A DNA stretch of 64,000 nucleotides from Nanobdellota archaeon (lineage in GTDB: Archaea > Nanobdellota > Nanobdellia > Pacearchaeales > GW2011-AR1). Shown here piece after piece: positions 10,299 to 19,614 of this stretch. The DNA lies in the NCBI GenBank assembly GCA_027334715.1, contig DAHWUG010000001.1, forward strand, positions 277,993-341,992. The letters run 5' to 3'. How positions within the stretch are numbered: position 1 is the stretch's first letter; every line of letters starts with the position of its first letter. Below the pieces are notes generated by a model. It did not search any database and had not been told where the DNA came from. It saw only the letters and a list, made by a program, of their open reading frames with translations. The translations under genes were made by a program, and so were the position numbers.

Positions 10299-11003
10299 TT
10301 ATTCTTCAGGCATTATTCTGTCAAGAATTCCTATTATTTTTTTCTTAATTCCCAGCTTTGTTTTTCCTACAGCTTTCAATCCCCCATGTGCAAGTTCATA
10401 TCTGTAAATTGTCCTGTGAACAATTCCATAAACCCAGTCTCTAAAACTTTCTGGTGCAGTTAGCCTATGGACTCTTAAATCATTTCCCGCAATTCCTTCT
10501 TTTTTTGCCTCTTTTATCAAATCCTCAAAGCTGTCCAAATGCGTCGGATTAGAAGCTATACCAACATCATGTGCCCCCATCTGTTTTAGTTTTTCAAGAG
10601 TATTGGCAGATTTTCCTTCTATTCTTATCTTTCCTGGCTTGATTCCATAACTTCTCAGCTGTTTGTAAATTGAATAAACTTGAGAGGTTTTTACAGGCTT
10701 ATCTATTCTACCTGTTATCAAATAAACCTGTCCTGGTTTGTCTTTTCCTTCTTCATAAGCCCTTTCTGTCCTTTCTTTGTCTGTTTTATAACTTCCTGTT
10801 GGTATCATTATTGCATCAAGAGTTTGTCTGCTTGCAAAAATTAGAACTGATGAAATAAAAAAAATTAAGCTAACAAGGTAAACAGGAGATATTTTCTCAT
10901 TTACTCCAATTATACTACCCGTAATTGTTGGATTAAGTGATATTAAAAGAAAAACTGCTGACAACACCAATAGAGAAAATCCTACTGGATTTTTATGCCT
11001 CAT
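10299..11003 (-). CDS. membrane-anchored DUF218 (YdcF/SanA/ElyC-like) protein
   Basis: N-terminal TM helices; C-terminal YLITGRI...GKSANTLEKL...pattern of DUF218. Confidence 0.45.
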   Translation of the reverse strand: MRHKNPVGFSLLVLSAVFLLISLNPTITGSIIGVNEKISPVYLVSLIFFISSVLIFASRQTLDAIMIPTGSYKTDKERTERAYEEGKDKPGQVYLITGRIDKPVKTSQVYSIYKQLRSYGIKPGKIRIEGKSANTLEKLKQMGAHDVGIASNPTHLDSFEDLIKEAKKEGIAGNDLRVHRLTAPESFRDWVYGIVHRTIYRYELAHGGLKAVGKTKLGIKKKIIGILDRIMPEE

Positions 11004-11033
11004 ATAAACTAAACTAAAGAGATATATATAAAA

Positions 11034-11639
11034 TTATCTTTTTGCTTTCAAATAGTTTTCGTTTACTTTTTCCCAGTTTACAACATTCCAAAATGCATCA
11101 ACATAATCTGGCCTTCTATTTTGGTATTTCAGGTAATATGCATGCTCCCAAACATCCAAACCAAGAATAGGAATTTTTCCCATGGATAAAGGATTATCCT
11201 GATTAGAAGTTGTTATTATTTCTACATCTTTTTTATCCAAGACTAACCAGCACCAGCCACTACCAAATAATCCGACTGCTTTTGCCTTAAAATCCTCCCT
11301 GAATTTGTCAAAGCTTCCAAATTTTTTGTTTATTGCCTGAAAGATTTCTCCCTTTGGCTGTGTCCCTTTTTTCAGGGTTGGCCAGAAAAAAGAATGGTTC
11401 ACATGACCTCCCCCATTATTCCTTACAATTGTTCTTATGTCTTCTGGAATGGCATTGATGTCTTTAATCAGTTCTTCTGCTGTCTTATTCTGAAGGTCCG
11501 GATGGCTTTCCAGTGCCTTGTTCAGCTTGTCAACATAGCCCTGATGATGCTTTGTGTAGTGGATTTCCATTGTTTTGGCATCTATGAAAGGCTCTAAAGC
11601 ATCATATGCATAAGCAAGTTTTGGCAATGTGTGTGTCAT
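11034..11639 (-). CDS. sod: Fe/Mn superoxide dismutase
   Basis: [16 protein letters not shown]...HYTKHHQ...D.WEHAYY; 201 aa. Confidence 0.9.
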   Translation of the reverse strand: MTHTLPKLAYAYDALEPFIDAKTMEIHYTKHHQGYVDKLNKALESHPDLQNKTAEELIKDINAIPEDIRTIVRNNGGGHVNHSFFWPTLKKGTQPKGEIFQAINKKFGSFDKFREDFKAKAVGLFGSGWCWLVLDKKDVEIITTSNQDNPLSMGKIPILGLDVWEHAYYLKYQNRRPDYVDAFWNVVNWEKVNENYLKAKR

Positions 11640-11730
11640 TTAATATCTTTAATAACCTCTTAAAATTAAGTTAATTTGTCAGGAAATAAAGGTTTTTAAT
11701 ATTTGTGAAGTTGCTATCTACATCTTAAAA

Positions 11731-11812
11731 GCCCGGATGGCACAATGGTACTGCGCCACGCTCGAAACGTGGTTTCCGAAAGGATTTCTAGGTTCGATTC
11801 CTAGTCCGGGCG
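11731..11812 (+). tRNA. tRNA-Ser (anticodon CGA)
   Basis: 7-bp acceptor GCCCGGA/TCCGGGC; anticodon stem CCACG/CGTGG with loop CUCGAAA; 15-nt variable arm; T-arm CTAGG-TTCGATT-CCTAG; TATA-like element about 30 nt upstream. Confidence 0.75.
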
Positions 11813-11866
11813 AATTTTAAAAAACTGTTAAAAAGATTTATATACAATTCTTATTTTATACATAAA

Positions 11867-12238
11867 ATGAATGGGACAAAAGAAGTTCCTATTGGAGTAA
11901 AAATAATTTCTATTATTTACTACCTTGGAACTGTTGTTGGAGTTATTCTTGGATTATTCTTCATTATTCCAGTAGGGGTCTTTTTTGAAGGGATAATTCT
12001 TTTTGGATTAGGAATTCTTAGTTTTTTTGTTGCAAGAGGTTTATTGAAATTAAGACCATGGGCTAGAGTTCTAGCAATAATACTTAGTTGTTTAGGCATT
12101 CTTATGGCAGTTTTCTCAATTGCTTATTTAGGTGGAATTTTAGGAAATATTTTTACTATTATTTTTAGTTTACTATTTGAACTTCTTACAGGGGGATATC
12201 TTTTGTTTAATAATAATGTAAAAAAGGCTTTTTCTTAA
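11867..12238 (+). CDS. small polytopic membrane protein (123 aa)
   Basis: ORF track; 3-4 TM helices; lies between tRNA-Ser and a duplicated copy of the tRNA 3' end. Confidence 0.4.
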   Translation: MNGTKEVPIGVKIISIIYYLGTVVGVILGLFFIIPVGVFFEGIILFGLGILSFFVARGLLKLRPWARVLAIILSCLGILMAVFSIAYLGGILGNIFTIIFSLLFELLTGGYLLFNNNVKKAFS

Positions 12239-12274
12239 ACAATAATTCTTAGGGAGTCTAACTTTTTATTCTAT

Positions 12275-12295
12275 GCTTGGTCCGGGCGATTTTTT
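12275..12295 (+). repeat. direct repeat of the tRNA-Ser 3' end (putative att remnant)
   Basis: ggtccgggcgatttttt matches agtccgggcgaatttt at 11803-11818. Confidence 0.4.
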
Positions 12296-12344
12296 AAAAA
12301 AAGACAACAATAATTATTATAAATAATATTTTTATTTCCTTTTC

Positions 12345-13079
12345 ATGTTTGGACTTGCAGATAAACTATATTCTTTGAGGAAATGCAGAGAAGGTTATGT
12401 TGAACCTGAAATAGACTGGAGACCAGAGATTGTTTCCTATAACAGAAAATCTACTAGCTGGTTTTGTTTCGTATCTAACAATATTTCTAAAAGACCTTTT
12501 TTAAGAAATAGAATTATCCCAAAAGAGGGGGATGTTTTTATTTATACTATTTCTTCTTTAAATATTATTAAACCAAATCCAGAACAATCAGTTAGGAAAT
12601 TGCAGGATATTTATGAAGATTCTATGAACAGAATGTATAAAGAATTAGTAGATGGCAAAACATTGAATGTGCTTGGCGTAAGCTTAGGAAATGTTTTATC
12701 TATCAGAGCTTCTAGTGATATCAATTCAAGCATTGAAAGAATTATTTCTATTGTTGGTGGAGGAAGGCTGGGGTTATCTGCTTGGGATAGCATCTTAACA
12801 GGAAGTATAGCCAGAAAATCAGGTTGTCAATCTAGAACAGAGTATGAAGAAAAAATGTCTCTTTTTAGCCCTTTAAATTATATTAGTGGTATTAAAGCAG
12901 GTAAGATTTCTATTCGTTTGGGAACAAGAGATTTATTAATTCCATTTAAACAAGGACAAGAACTATCTTGGGCATTTGTTGAACAAGCTAAAAAAACTGG
13001 AACAAAAATAGATTACAAGGAGTATAAAGGAGCAGACCATTGTTCATCAATAATACTTTCTGCCTTAGATAAAATCTAA
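12345..13079 (+). CDS. alpha/beta-hydrolase fold protein
   Basis: GxSxG nucleophile elbow in LGVSLGNV; 244 aa. Confidence 0.4.
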   Translation: MFGLADKLYSLRKCREGYVEPEIDWRPEIVSYNRKSTSWFCFVSNNISKRPFLRNRIIPKEGDVFIYTISSLNIIKPNPEQSVRKLQDIYEDSMNRMYKELVDGKTLNVLGVSLGNVLSIRASSDINSSIERIISIVGGGRLGLSAWDSILTGSIARKSGCQSRTEYEEKMSLFSPLNYISGIKAGKISIRLGTRDLLIPFKQGQELSWAFVEQAKKTGTKIDYKEYKGADHCSSIILSALDKI

Positions 13080-13131
13080 TTAATGCTTTCTAGCAATAAG
13101 TTTTTTAGGGCTTGAGGTTTTATAAGAAAAG

Positions 13132-13202
13132 TGCGCCGGCCGAGAATTGAACTCGGGTCTGAACCTTGGCAAGGTCCTATTCTACCACTTAACTACCAGC
13201 GC
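13132..13202 (-). tRNA. tRNA-Gly (anticodon GCC)
   Basis: Reverse complement gives GCGCTGG acceptor, anticodon stem GGACC/GGTTC with loop TTGCCAA, T-arm CCGAG-TTCAATT-CTCGG, discriminator A. Confidence 0.8.
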
Positions 13203-13328
13203 ATTTAATTAGATAAAAAGAAGATGTTTTTAAAATTTTAGAAGATACAAAATTATTTATTTTGGTTACTGCCTTTCTTACAGAAAACTTTATAAACTAT
13301 AGCTTCTATAGCTGCTATAGAATAAAAA

Positions 13329-13538
13329 ATGGAAATATCAACAATACAATTAAGCAAGGAGACAAAGAAGAAGATTTCATCCTTCGGCTTAAAGGGAGAA
13401 AGCTATGATGACATAATCAACAGGATTTACTCTTTTGCTGTAAAGGAACAATTAAGGCAATTTTTAATGTCTACAGAAGGGTACATTCCGATTGAAGACG
13501 CTATTAAAGATGCTAAACAAAAATGGCCAAAGTCCTGA
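13329..13538 (+). CDS. small antitoxin-like protein (69 aa)
   Basis: Overlaps the downstream RelE-like ORF by 16 nt; small basic N-terminus. Confidence 0.35.
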   Translation: MEISTIQLSKETKKKISSFGLKGESYDDIINRIYSFAVKEQLRQFLMSTEGYIPIEDAIKDAKQKWPKS

Positions 13539-13867
13539 TTCTGGAATCTTTAAAAAATGAGGTGTTAAAAAAACTTAAGGGAGAAGCAGTAGAGGCATTT
13601 GAACTAATGCTTTCTTTGAAAAATAGCCCGCAAAAAGGAAAACTGTTAGGTAATGTTGGAAATCTTGTTACTAAGGAGATTAAGTACAAAAGCTTTAGAT
13701 TTTATTTCATTACAGACGGGCATATTCTTAAAATAATGGATGAGTCAAATTTGATTGACCTATTAATAACTTTTGTCAGAATGTCTGACAAAAAATCACA
13801 GCAAAAAACAATTAATGAGATTAAGAATGTTCTGAAGCATTTTGGTCCGGAAGGATTCAAAAAATAA
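13523..13867 (+). CDS. RelE/ParE-like toxin family protein
   Basis: C-terminal pattern KSFRFYFITDGHILKIM resembles the RelE/ParE core; overlapping gene pair. Confidence 0.4.
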   Translation: MAKVLILESLKNEVLKKLKGEAVEAFELMLSLKNSPQKGKLLGNVGNLVTKEIKYKSFRFYFITDGHILKIMDESNLIDLLITFVRMSDKKSQQKTINEIKNVLKHFGPEGFKK

Positions 13868-13969
13868 AAAATATGGTCCTAGCAAAGGTTGAATTACCTC
13901 TTTAATTTTAATAGACTGGTGGTATTAATAAACGCTAATATTTAAATAGTTGTTACACTATTCTATTAT

Positions 13970-14929
13970 ATGAAGAGAACAGTAGATGGCAGATTTATTG
14001 AAAAAAGAGTTATTATTGATAAAAATGATTTAAAGGAAATAATGAATTCTATTAAAAAAAAGAATAACTTCACTTGGGATGAAATAGCAAACAAGATTGG
14101 CGTAAATCCACAAACAGTTAAACATGACTGGCTTGTTGAAAATAGAACATTACCTTTATCATTTTTTAAGAAATTACTTATTTTATCCAAGACAAACAAA
14201 GATTATAAATTTGAAGTAATTGACCCTTTTTGGGGTCAAAAAATATCTCATGGAAAGCAAAAACTAAAGAATATTCGTTTTCCGAACAAAAGCGAAACAA
14301 GTTTTGCTGAATTTTATGGAATCCTGCTTGGCGATGGGTGCATAAACTCTGATTTGAAGAGCCTTTCTATAACTGGCGATAAATATCTGGATTATTATTA
14401 CTATAATAATTATCTTCCTAGATTAATAAGAAGAACGTTTAAAATCAGTCCAAAAATTTATCAAAATAAGGATGAAAAAGTAATCCGTTGCGTTGTTTAT
14501 AGCAAATCAGTAGATAAATACATGATTGATGCTGGTTTTCCTGTAGGAATTAAGTATGGAAAAGATTGTTCGATTCCTATTTATATATCCAACAACGAAA
14601 AAAACTTAGCTGCCTGCATTAGGGGCTTAATGGATACAGACGGGTCTTTATCAGCTCACCCTAATGTTAAAGTAATGATTCATTTATCTATTACTATTGA
14701 ATCCCTGCGTAAATCAGTCTTTGATGGTCTAAAAAAATTAGGTATAAGCGGGGGGATGTTTGACAAAGGAATAATGATTTATGGGACAGAAAAAATAGAT
14801 AAATTTCATAAGGTCATAGGATTTTCTAATTTTAAGAACAATTACAAATATGCACAGTTTAAAAGAACAGGAAGGGTCCCCTCTTCAAAGGAAGTAGAAA
14901 TGTTTATAAGAAAGAAAGCTGGGATTTAA
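13970..14929 (+). CDS. free-standing LAGLIDADG-family endonuclease-like protein with N-terminal HTH-like domain
   Basis: Two dodecapeptide motifs FYGILLGDGCI and IRGLMDTDGSL; 319 aa; ends 6 nt before tRNA-Val. Confidence 0.7.
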   Translation: MKRTVDGRFIEKRVIIDKNDLKEIMNSIKKKNNFTWDEIANKIGVNPQTVKHDWLVENRTLPLSFFKKLLILSKTNKDYKFEVIDPFWGQKISHGKQKLKNIRFPNKSETSFAEFYGILLGDGCINSDLKSLSITGDKYLDYYYYNNYLPRLIRRTFKISPKIYQNKDEKVIRCVVYSKSVDKYMIDAGFPVGIKYGKDCSIPIYISNNEKNLAACIRGLMDTDGSLSAHPNVKVMIHLSITIESLRKSVFDGLKKLGISGGMFDKGIMIYGTEKIDKFHKVIGFSNFKNNYKYAQFKRTGRVPSSKEVEMFIRKKAGI

Positions 14930-14934
14930 TTATC

Positions 14935-15006
14935 GGCCCATTAGTCTAATGGTTAGAACGGCTCGTTTACACCGAGCAGGCACAGGTCCGATTCCTGTAT
15001 GGGCCA
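14935..15006 (+). tRNA. tRNA-Val (anticodon UAC)
   Basis: Acceptor GGCCCAT/ATGGGCC; anticodon stem GCTCG/CGAGC with loop TTTACAC; T-arm ACAGG-TCCGATT-CCTGT; one C-A mismatch in the D-stem. Confidence 0.7.
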
Positions 15007-15078
15007 CTCTTTTATTTATTAACTTAAAAATGGTAACATCTAATAAAGTTTATAAAGTAGCAATTTATCCCACTTTTC

Positions 15079-15234
15079 ATGAAAGTTAAGCTAAGCATCT
15101 CTATGGAAGAAGAGCTGGACAAGAGGCTCGAGGACAAAGTGAAAGACAGCATTTTCAGGAACAAAAGCCATTTAATAGAATACGCCGTGAAATCATTCTT
15201 GAAAAAGGAAAAAATGGAGGCAAGAGCAAAATGA
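15079..15234 (+). CDS. ribbon-helix-helix (CopG/Arc/MetJ-like) small DNA-binding protein, 51 aa, not in ORF track
   Basis: MKVKLSISMEEELDKRLEDKVKDSIFRNKSHLIEYAVKSFL has the beta-strand plus two-helix pattern; its stop overlaps the start of the next gene (ATGA). Confidence 0.55.
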   Translation: MKVKLSISMEEELDKRLEDKVKDSIFRNKSHLIEYAVKSFLKKEKMEARAK

Positions 15235-17558
15235 GCGCTAAAGAAGACGCGTGGGCATTCAAGCAAAATAATCTAATAGAGGGATATGGAAATAAACTCT
15301 CTTCTATTGAAGGTCATATAATTCCTGTTCCAGAACCAAAAAGACTTCAACCAGCAACACCTGCTGATTTAGAGTACAGAGACGGAGATATTCTTCAAAT
15401 ATATGAACTTGGGGAAAAACTTGCAAACACAGAAAATGGCGGACAGGGAACTATTTACAGAGCAAAGAGAAAATCAGATGGCCTTGATACTGTTGTAAAG
15501 GTTTATGCAGCAGCAGAAACAGGAAACTGGGATGATATTTTTACTGAAGAGAAAAGAGCAGGGCGTGAAATAAGATTCCTTGAAAGAGCAAACAGAGAAG
15601 GAGTTCCTGGAGTTCCAAGAATAGTCCAGCATGGGGTTACAGGTTCTTTCATAAAGACGCCTGTTGCTGTCTTTGATTTCATTCCTGGAAAATCTCTGGA
15701 AGAGGAAGTTCTTGATCAAAGTTATTCCCCTTCAGCAGAAAATGTTCTAGGACTTTTCTCAGGTTTGGTTCCTGCCTTGGAATATGCTCATCATTCAAAT
15801 GGTGTAAAGCCTGTTGTTCACAGAGATATCAATCCTGGAAACATAAAAGTCAATGGGCATCCTGTTCTTATGGATTGGGCTTCTTCTACACCAACTAGTG
15901 GAAAAACCCAGTTAAGAACACATATGTTCACAGAATATTTCACAGCTCCAGAAGTTGTTGGAGGAAGTGCATTTGATGGAAGAGCTGATATCTATAGCAT
16001 GGGAAAAGTCCTCCAGTTCATGCTTTTAGGGCAGGTTTTCAAAGATGCAGATGGAAATCCCAAAACCAGCGATTTTGACAGATTAAATATTCCAAAAGAA
16101 GTTGCACAAATACTTGCAAAAGCAACACAAGAAAATCCAGATAAAAGATACAAGACAGTAAGGGAATTTTATCATGCTTTGGAATCTGTTTTCCAGACAG
16201 GAAGAAGCATGCCAACAAGAAATGAACTGCTAAAACATGAGACTGCTAAACCTGGAGATTGCATTGTTAAGATTAATGAAGATGGATCTGTTCATATTGG
16301 CTATTTCGAACCAGAACTTCCAGATAAACCTCACTGTGGAAACACCTTTGAGGGAAAAACTGTCTATGATATTTTTAGAGCCATAAATACTTATCTTTTA
16401 AATATTGGTTCTGACGAGGCAACTCTTGCGTATGCAAAGCATGTTGCACAGACAAATCCTTTAGTAAGAGGTACATTGGAAGGCAAAAGGACTTTGGAAG
16501 ACGTTGCAAGAGAGAAGAAACCTCGCTTTGATATTACTGATTTATTAGAAAAAATACCTTTTGTAAAATCATCTCGTTATCCTGAACCAGAAAGAGATTT
16601 AGAAGAAGCAAAAGACAAGTATCTTGCTAAAAGAAAACAGTTATATGAAATTTTTGGAGTGAAAGAAATGAGGGATTTGAATGTTGGTTCTGTAAGTTTA
16701 AGTGTTGGAGGCAGCATTGTTGGTGTCGCCGCAGGGACTTTTTCTGCTTTTAACTTAGGAATGTATGACACTCTTTCAGGAGCTTTGTTTGCTATGGGCA
16801 CTACAGTAATAGGGGCGATTTTAGGTCTAAACATTGGAGAATATATAGTAAACAAAAAACTACAAAAAAAGGCGCGTGAAGTTGATTCATGGATTAGGGA
16901 AGCAAAAAGAGCGCAAGGATTAGAAGGGAAAGTTGGAGAAGGAGAAATAAAGTTGACGGAGGAAGAAATAACAAGAATAAAAGATGATGTCGTGATTTAT
17001 AGAGCAGGAATACCTTTTTTAGGGGCTTTGATTGATTGTGGTTATACTTTTCTCACAAAAAATTATGGTGTTGCTTTAGGCGCATTACTTTCGTTACCTT
17101 TAATAGGAGAAACTGTAGGTTTTCTTGCTACAAAATATCTCAAGAATAAAAAGCTCAAACAAAAACGCCTTACTGCGGGGTTGGATGAAGACGGGATGAA
17201 AGCGTATGCTGGATTAATCACTGGAGACTCTAAAAATCTACCTTCAAGAACTCCAAAACTTGAAAAAATATTCTCTGTATTAAAACTTAAGAAAAGTTTC
17301 TTGAAACAAAAATTTAAAAATTCTAAAGCTAAAGTTAAATTAGATAATTATCGTGTAATAATAAGTGCTCTTCCTTCAGAAGAATTAAGGGCAAAAAATA
17401 TATATGATAATATAAGACAGTATTATGAGATTAATACTGTTTTTTCAAATTTCCCGGACCACTTTCAGCCATTTCAAGCAGGAGTAATCCTAAGCGACGA
17501 AACAAAAATGCCTGATGTAAGAAGAATCAATGGAGTTGGCGGTGTAGCAATTAATTAA
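15231..17558 (+). CDS. protein-kinase-like (PKL) phosphotransferase domain fused to a glycine-zipper multi-TM domain and basic C-terminal tail
   Basis: Gly-rich loop GQGTIYRAK, VVKVY lysine, catalytic loop VHRDINPGNIKV (HxDxxxxN), LMDW (DFG-equivalent), FTAPE; residues about 480-640 hydrophobic and GxxxG-rich; 775 aa. Confidence 0.6.
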   Translation: MSAKEDAWAFKQNNLIEGYGNKLSSIEGHIIPVPEPKRLQPATPADLEYRDGDILQIYELGEKLANTENGGQGTIYRAKRKSDGLDTVVKVYAAAETGNWDDIFTEEKRAGREIRFLERANREGVPGVPRIVQHGVTGSFIKTPVAVFDFIPGKSLEEEVLDQSYSPSAENVLGLFSGLVPALEYAHHSNGVKPVVHRDINPGNIKVNGHPVLMDWASSTPTSGKTQLRTHMFTEYFTAPEVVGGSAFDGRADIYSMGKVLQFMLLGQVFKDADGNPKTSDFDRLNIPKEVAQILAKATQENPDKRYKTVREFYHALESVFQTGRSMPTRNELLKHETAKPGDCIVKINEDGSVHIGYFEPELPDKPHCGNTFEGKTVYDIFRAINTYLLNIGSDEATLAYAKHVAQTNPLVRGTLEGKRTLEDVAREKKPRFDITDLLEKIPFVKSSRYPEPERDLEEAKDKYLAKRKQLYEIFGVKEMRDLNVGSVSLSVGGSIVGVAAGTFSAFNLGMYDTLSGALFAMGTTVIGAILGLNIGEYIVNKKLQKKAREVDSWIREAKRAQGLEGKVGEGEIKLTEEEITRIKDDVVIYRAGIPFLGALIDCGYTFLTKNYGVALGALLSLPLIGETVGFLATKYLKNKKLKQKRLTAGLDEDGMKAYAGLITGDSKNLPSRTPKLEKIFSVLKLKKSFLKQKFKNSKAKVKLDNYRVIISALPSEELRAKNIYDNIRQYYEINTVFSNFPDHFQPFQAGVILSDETKMPDVRRINGVGGVAIN

Positions 17559-17609
17559 ACTCAAAACCTTTATAAAAACAAATAAACTTTCATAACTGAA
17601 ACACAAAAA

Positions 17610-19460
17610 ATGGCAGACAAAACAGACAACAAACGAAAAACTAAAGAGAATAATGAGGAAATCCAGGAAATCCCCGGAATGAATCTTGACACAAATTACA
17701 CTTCTAAGAAACCACTTCTTCCTGAAGGAACAGAAAAGCTTCAGAAAGAAATGGAGAAAACAAAAAAAGAATTTGACAAGATAAAGAATGCAATTGTCAA
17801 GAAATATTCCTTTGTTCAGGCAATAGGAATCCTTGCTCCGCAGGCTGTAAAGCTTTTTGTCGAGGACGAAATAGGAGAAAACATTCCCCCTGAAGAATTG
17901 CAGAAATTGCAGAAGAAAAATCACATCTATATAATTATTCCAGAAGAAAAATTCAAGGAAATACCAAAAATAAAGAAGGAAATAATCGAGGAAGTTGAAA
18001 AAATAAAGAAAGACGTCTGGATTTACATAAAAACTCCTGTTGATATCTGGGAAGCATGCCTTGATTCAAAGTTTGACCTTGTTTCTGCGGTAGGAATGTC
18101 ATACCCTCTTCATGACACTGGAATTTTGGAAGGATTAAGAGTTGCTGAGATACACAAAGCAATGGTTTTGCAAAAGTTTGACAAATATATTGTTTCATAT
18201 GTAATTGCAGGAAGCATGGTAAGGGGAGATGCTGTAAAAGAATCAGATGTTGATGCTTTTGTCATAATAAATGACACTGATGTAAAGAGGATGCCAAGGC
18301 TGGAACTTAAGGAAAGACTGAGAAGCATGATTTTGCAATTTGTTGGAGAAGCAACAGCAATGGCAGGCGCAAAGAAAAATATTCTTAATGTACAGTCTTA
18401 TCTCTTGACTGATTTTTGGGAATCTGTAAAAGATGCTCACCCTGTCATGTTCACTTTCATAAGAGATGGAGTTCCATTGTACGACAGGGGAACATTCCTT
18501 CCCTGGAAAGCACTTTTGAAAATGGGAAGGCTGAAACCTTCTCCAGAAGCAATAGACATGTTTATGTCAATGGGGGACAAGTCCGTCAAAAGAGCAAAGG
18601 CAACTCTCATTGATATTCTTGTACAGGATGTTTACTGGAGCATATTGACTCCAAGCCAGGCATTACTGATGCTTTATGGGCTTGCTCCGCCTACACCAAA
18701 GCAGACAGCTGCTGAGATGAAAAGAATTTTTGTTGAAAAAGAAAAAATGCTTGAGCCAAGATACATAAAGATACTTGAAAAAATAATCCATGCATACAAG
18801 GATTTCGAGCATGAAAAGCTGAAAGAAGTCAAAGGTGCAGAGATTGACAAAATGCTTGCTGATACAGAAGATTATCTGAAAAGACTGCAGGAATTAAGGA
18901 AGCAGATAGAAAAAAGTTCACAGGAAAAAACAATAGACCAGATTTATACAGATATTTTCAACCTTTTGGATGCAATATTCGGAAAAAAGAAGCAGACAGA
19001 GCTTGTTGATGATTTTGAAAAACTTGTTGCCAGGGGGAAATTCACACAGAATCATTTTAGAATTCTGAAAGATGTTATTGGGGCAAGAATTGAATTCAAA
19101 AAAGGAAAATTGGATTCCAGAAAAGTTGATGAAGCAAGAAAAAATGCTTCAATTCTTATAAATGAATTGATAGACTATTCGCAAAGAGCAGATCTTATGA
19201 CAATGGAAAAGGGGAGAATGAGAATAAGATATCAGAAGGACGGAAAGCCCGCAAATGCAGAAATCCTCCATTGCAATGGAACCAGCTTCCTTTTTGAAGG
19301 AGAAATAGTTAAGAAAATTACAGATAAAATAGAGGTTTCCAGCATGAAAGAGGTGTCTGAATGTGTTGCACACCAGAAACTTTCAAAATCACTGGAAATA
19401 AATCCAAAAATTTTCGAGCTTGTAAAAAAAGAACTTGGGGATTTTGAGATTGTGCTATAA
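17610..19460 (+). CDS. Pol-beta-superfamily nucleotidyltransferase domain protein (616 aa) with Lys/Glu-rich N-terminus and long helical C-terminus
   Basis: GSMVRGDAVKESDVDAFVII = GS-x9-DxD nucleotidyltransferase motif; the rest is helical/coiled-coil. Confidence 0.5.
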   Translation: MADKTDNKRKTKENNEEIQEIPGMNLDTNYTSKKPLLPEGTEKLQKEMEKTKKEFDKIKNAIVKKYSFVQAIGILAPQAVKLFVEDEIGENIPPEELQKLQKKNHIYIIIPEEKFKEIPKIKKEIIEEVEKIKKDVWIYIKTPVDIWEACLDSKFDLVSAVGMSYPLHDTGILEGLRVAEIHKAMVLQKFDKYIVSYVIAGSMVRGDAVKESDVDAFVIINDTDVKRMPRLELKERLRSMILQFVGEATAMAGAKKNILNVQSYLLTDFWESVKDAHPVMFTFIRDGVPLYDRGTFLPWKALLKMGRLKPSPEAIDMFMSMGDKSVKRAKATLIDILVQDVYWSILTPSQALLMLYGLAPPTPKQTAAEMKRIFVEKEKMLEPRYIKILEKIIHAYKDFEHEKLKEVKGAEIDKMLADTEDYLKRLQELRKQIEKSSQEKTIDQIYTDIFNLLDAIFGKKKQTELVDDFEKLVARGKFTQNHFRILKDVIGARIEFKKGKLDSRKVDEARKNASILINELIDYSQRADLMTMEKGRMRIRYQKDGKPANAEILHCNGTSFLFEGEIVKKITDKIEVSSMKEVSECVAHQKLSKSLEINPKIFELVKKELGDFEIVL

Positions 19461-19614
19461 GCATCATAGAAAAAGATTTGGAGAAAGTTAGAGAGTTTAT
19501 AGAATTCTTAAGAGAAAACCAGGAATTAAATTTCGGGATTAAAATACCTCATTATTTCAGCCCTGGAGCATATTTGTCTTTTTAATAAAAATTTAAATAA
19601 TAACCTTATCTTTT

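Noticed and set aside
15024-15266. Minus-strand 80-aa ORF
   Set aside because: It overlaps the far more plausible RHH gene and the kinase start on the + strand; hydrophobic low-complexity translation
17490-17924. Minus-strand 144-aa ORF spanning the kinase/NTase junction
   Set aside because: Phe/Leu/Cys low-complexity antisense translation of two coding genes
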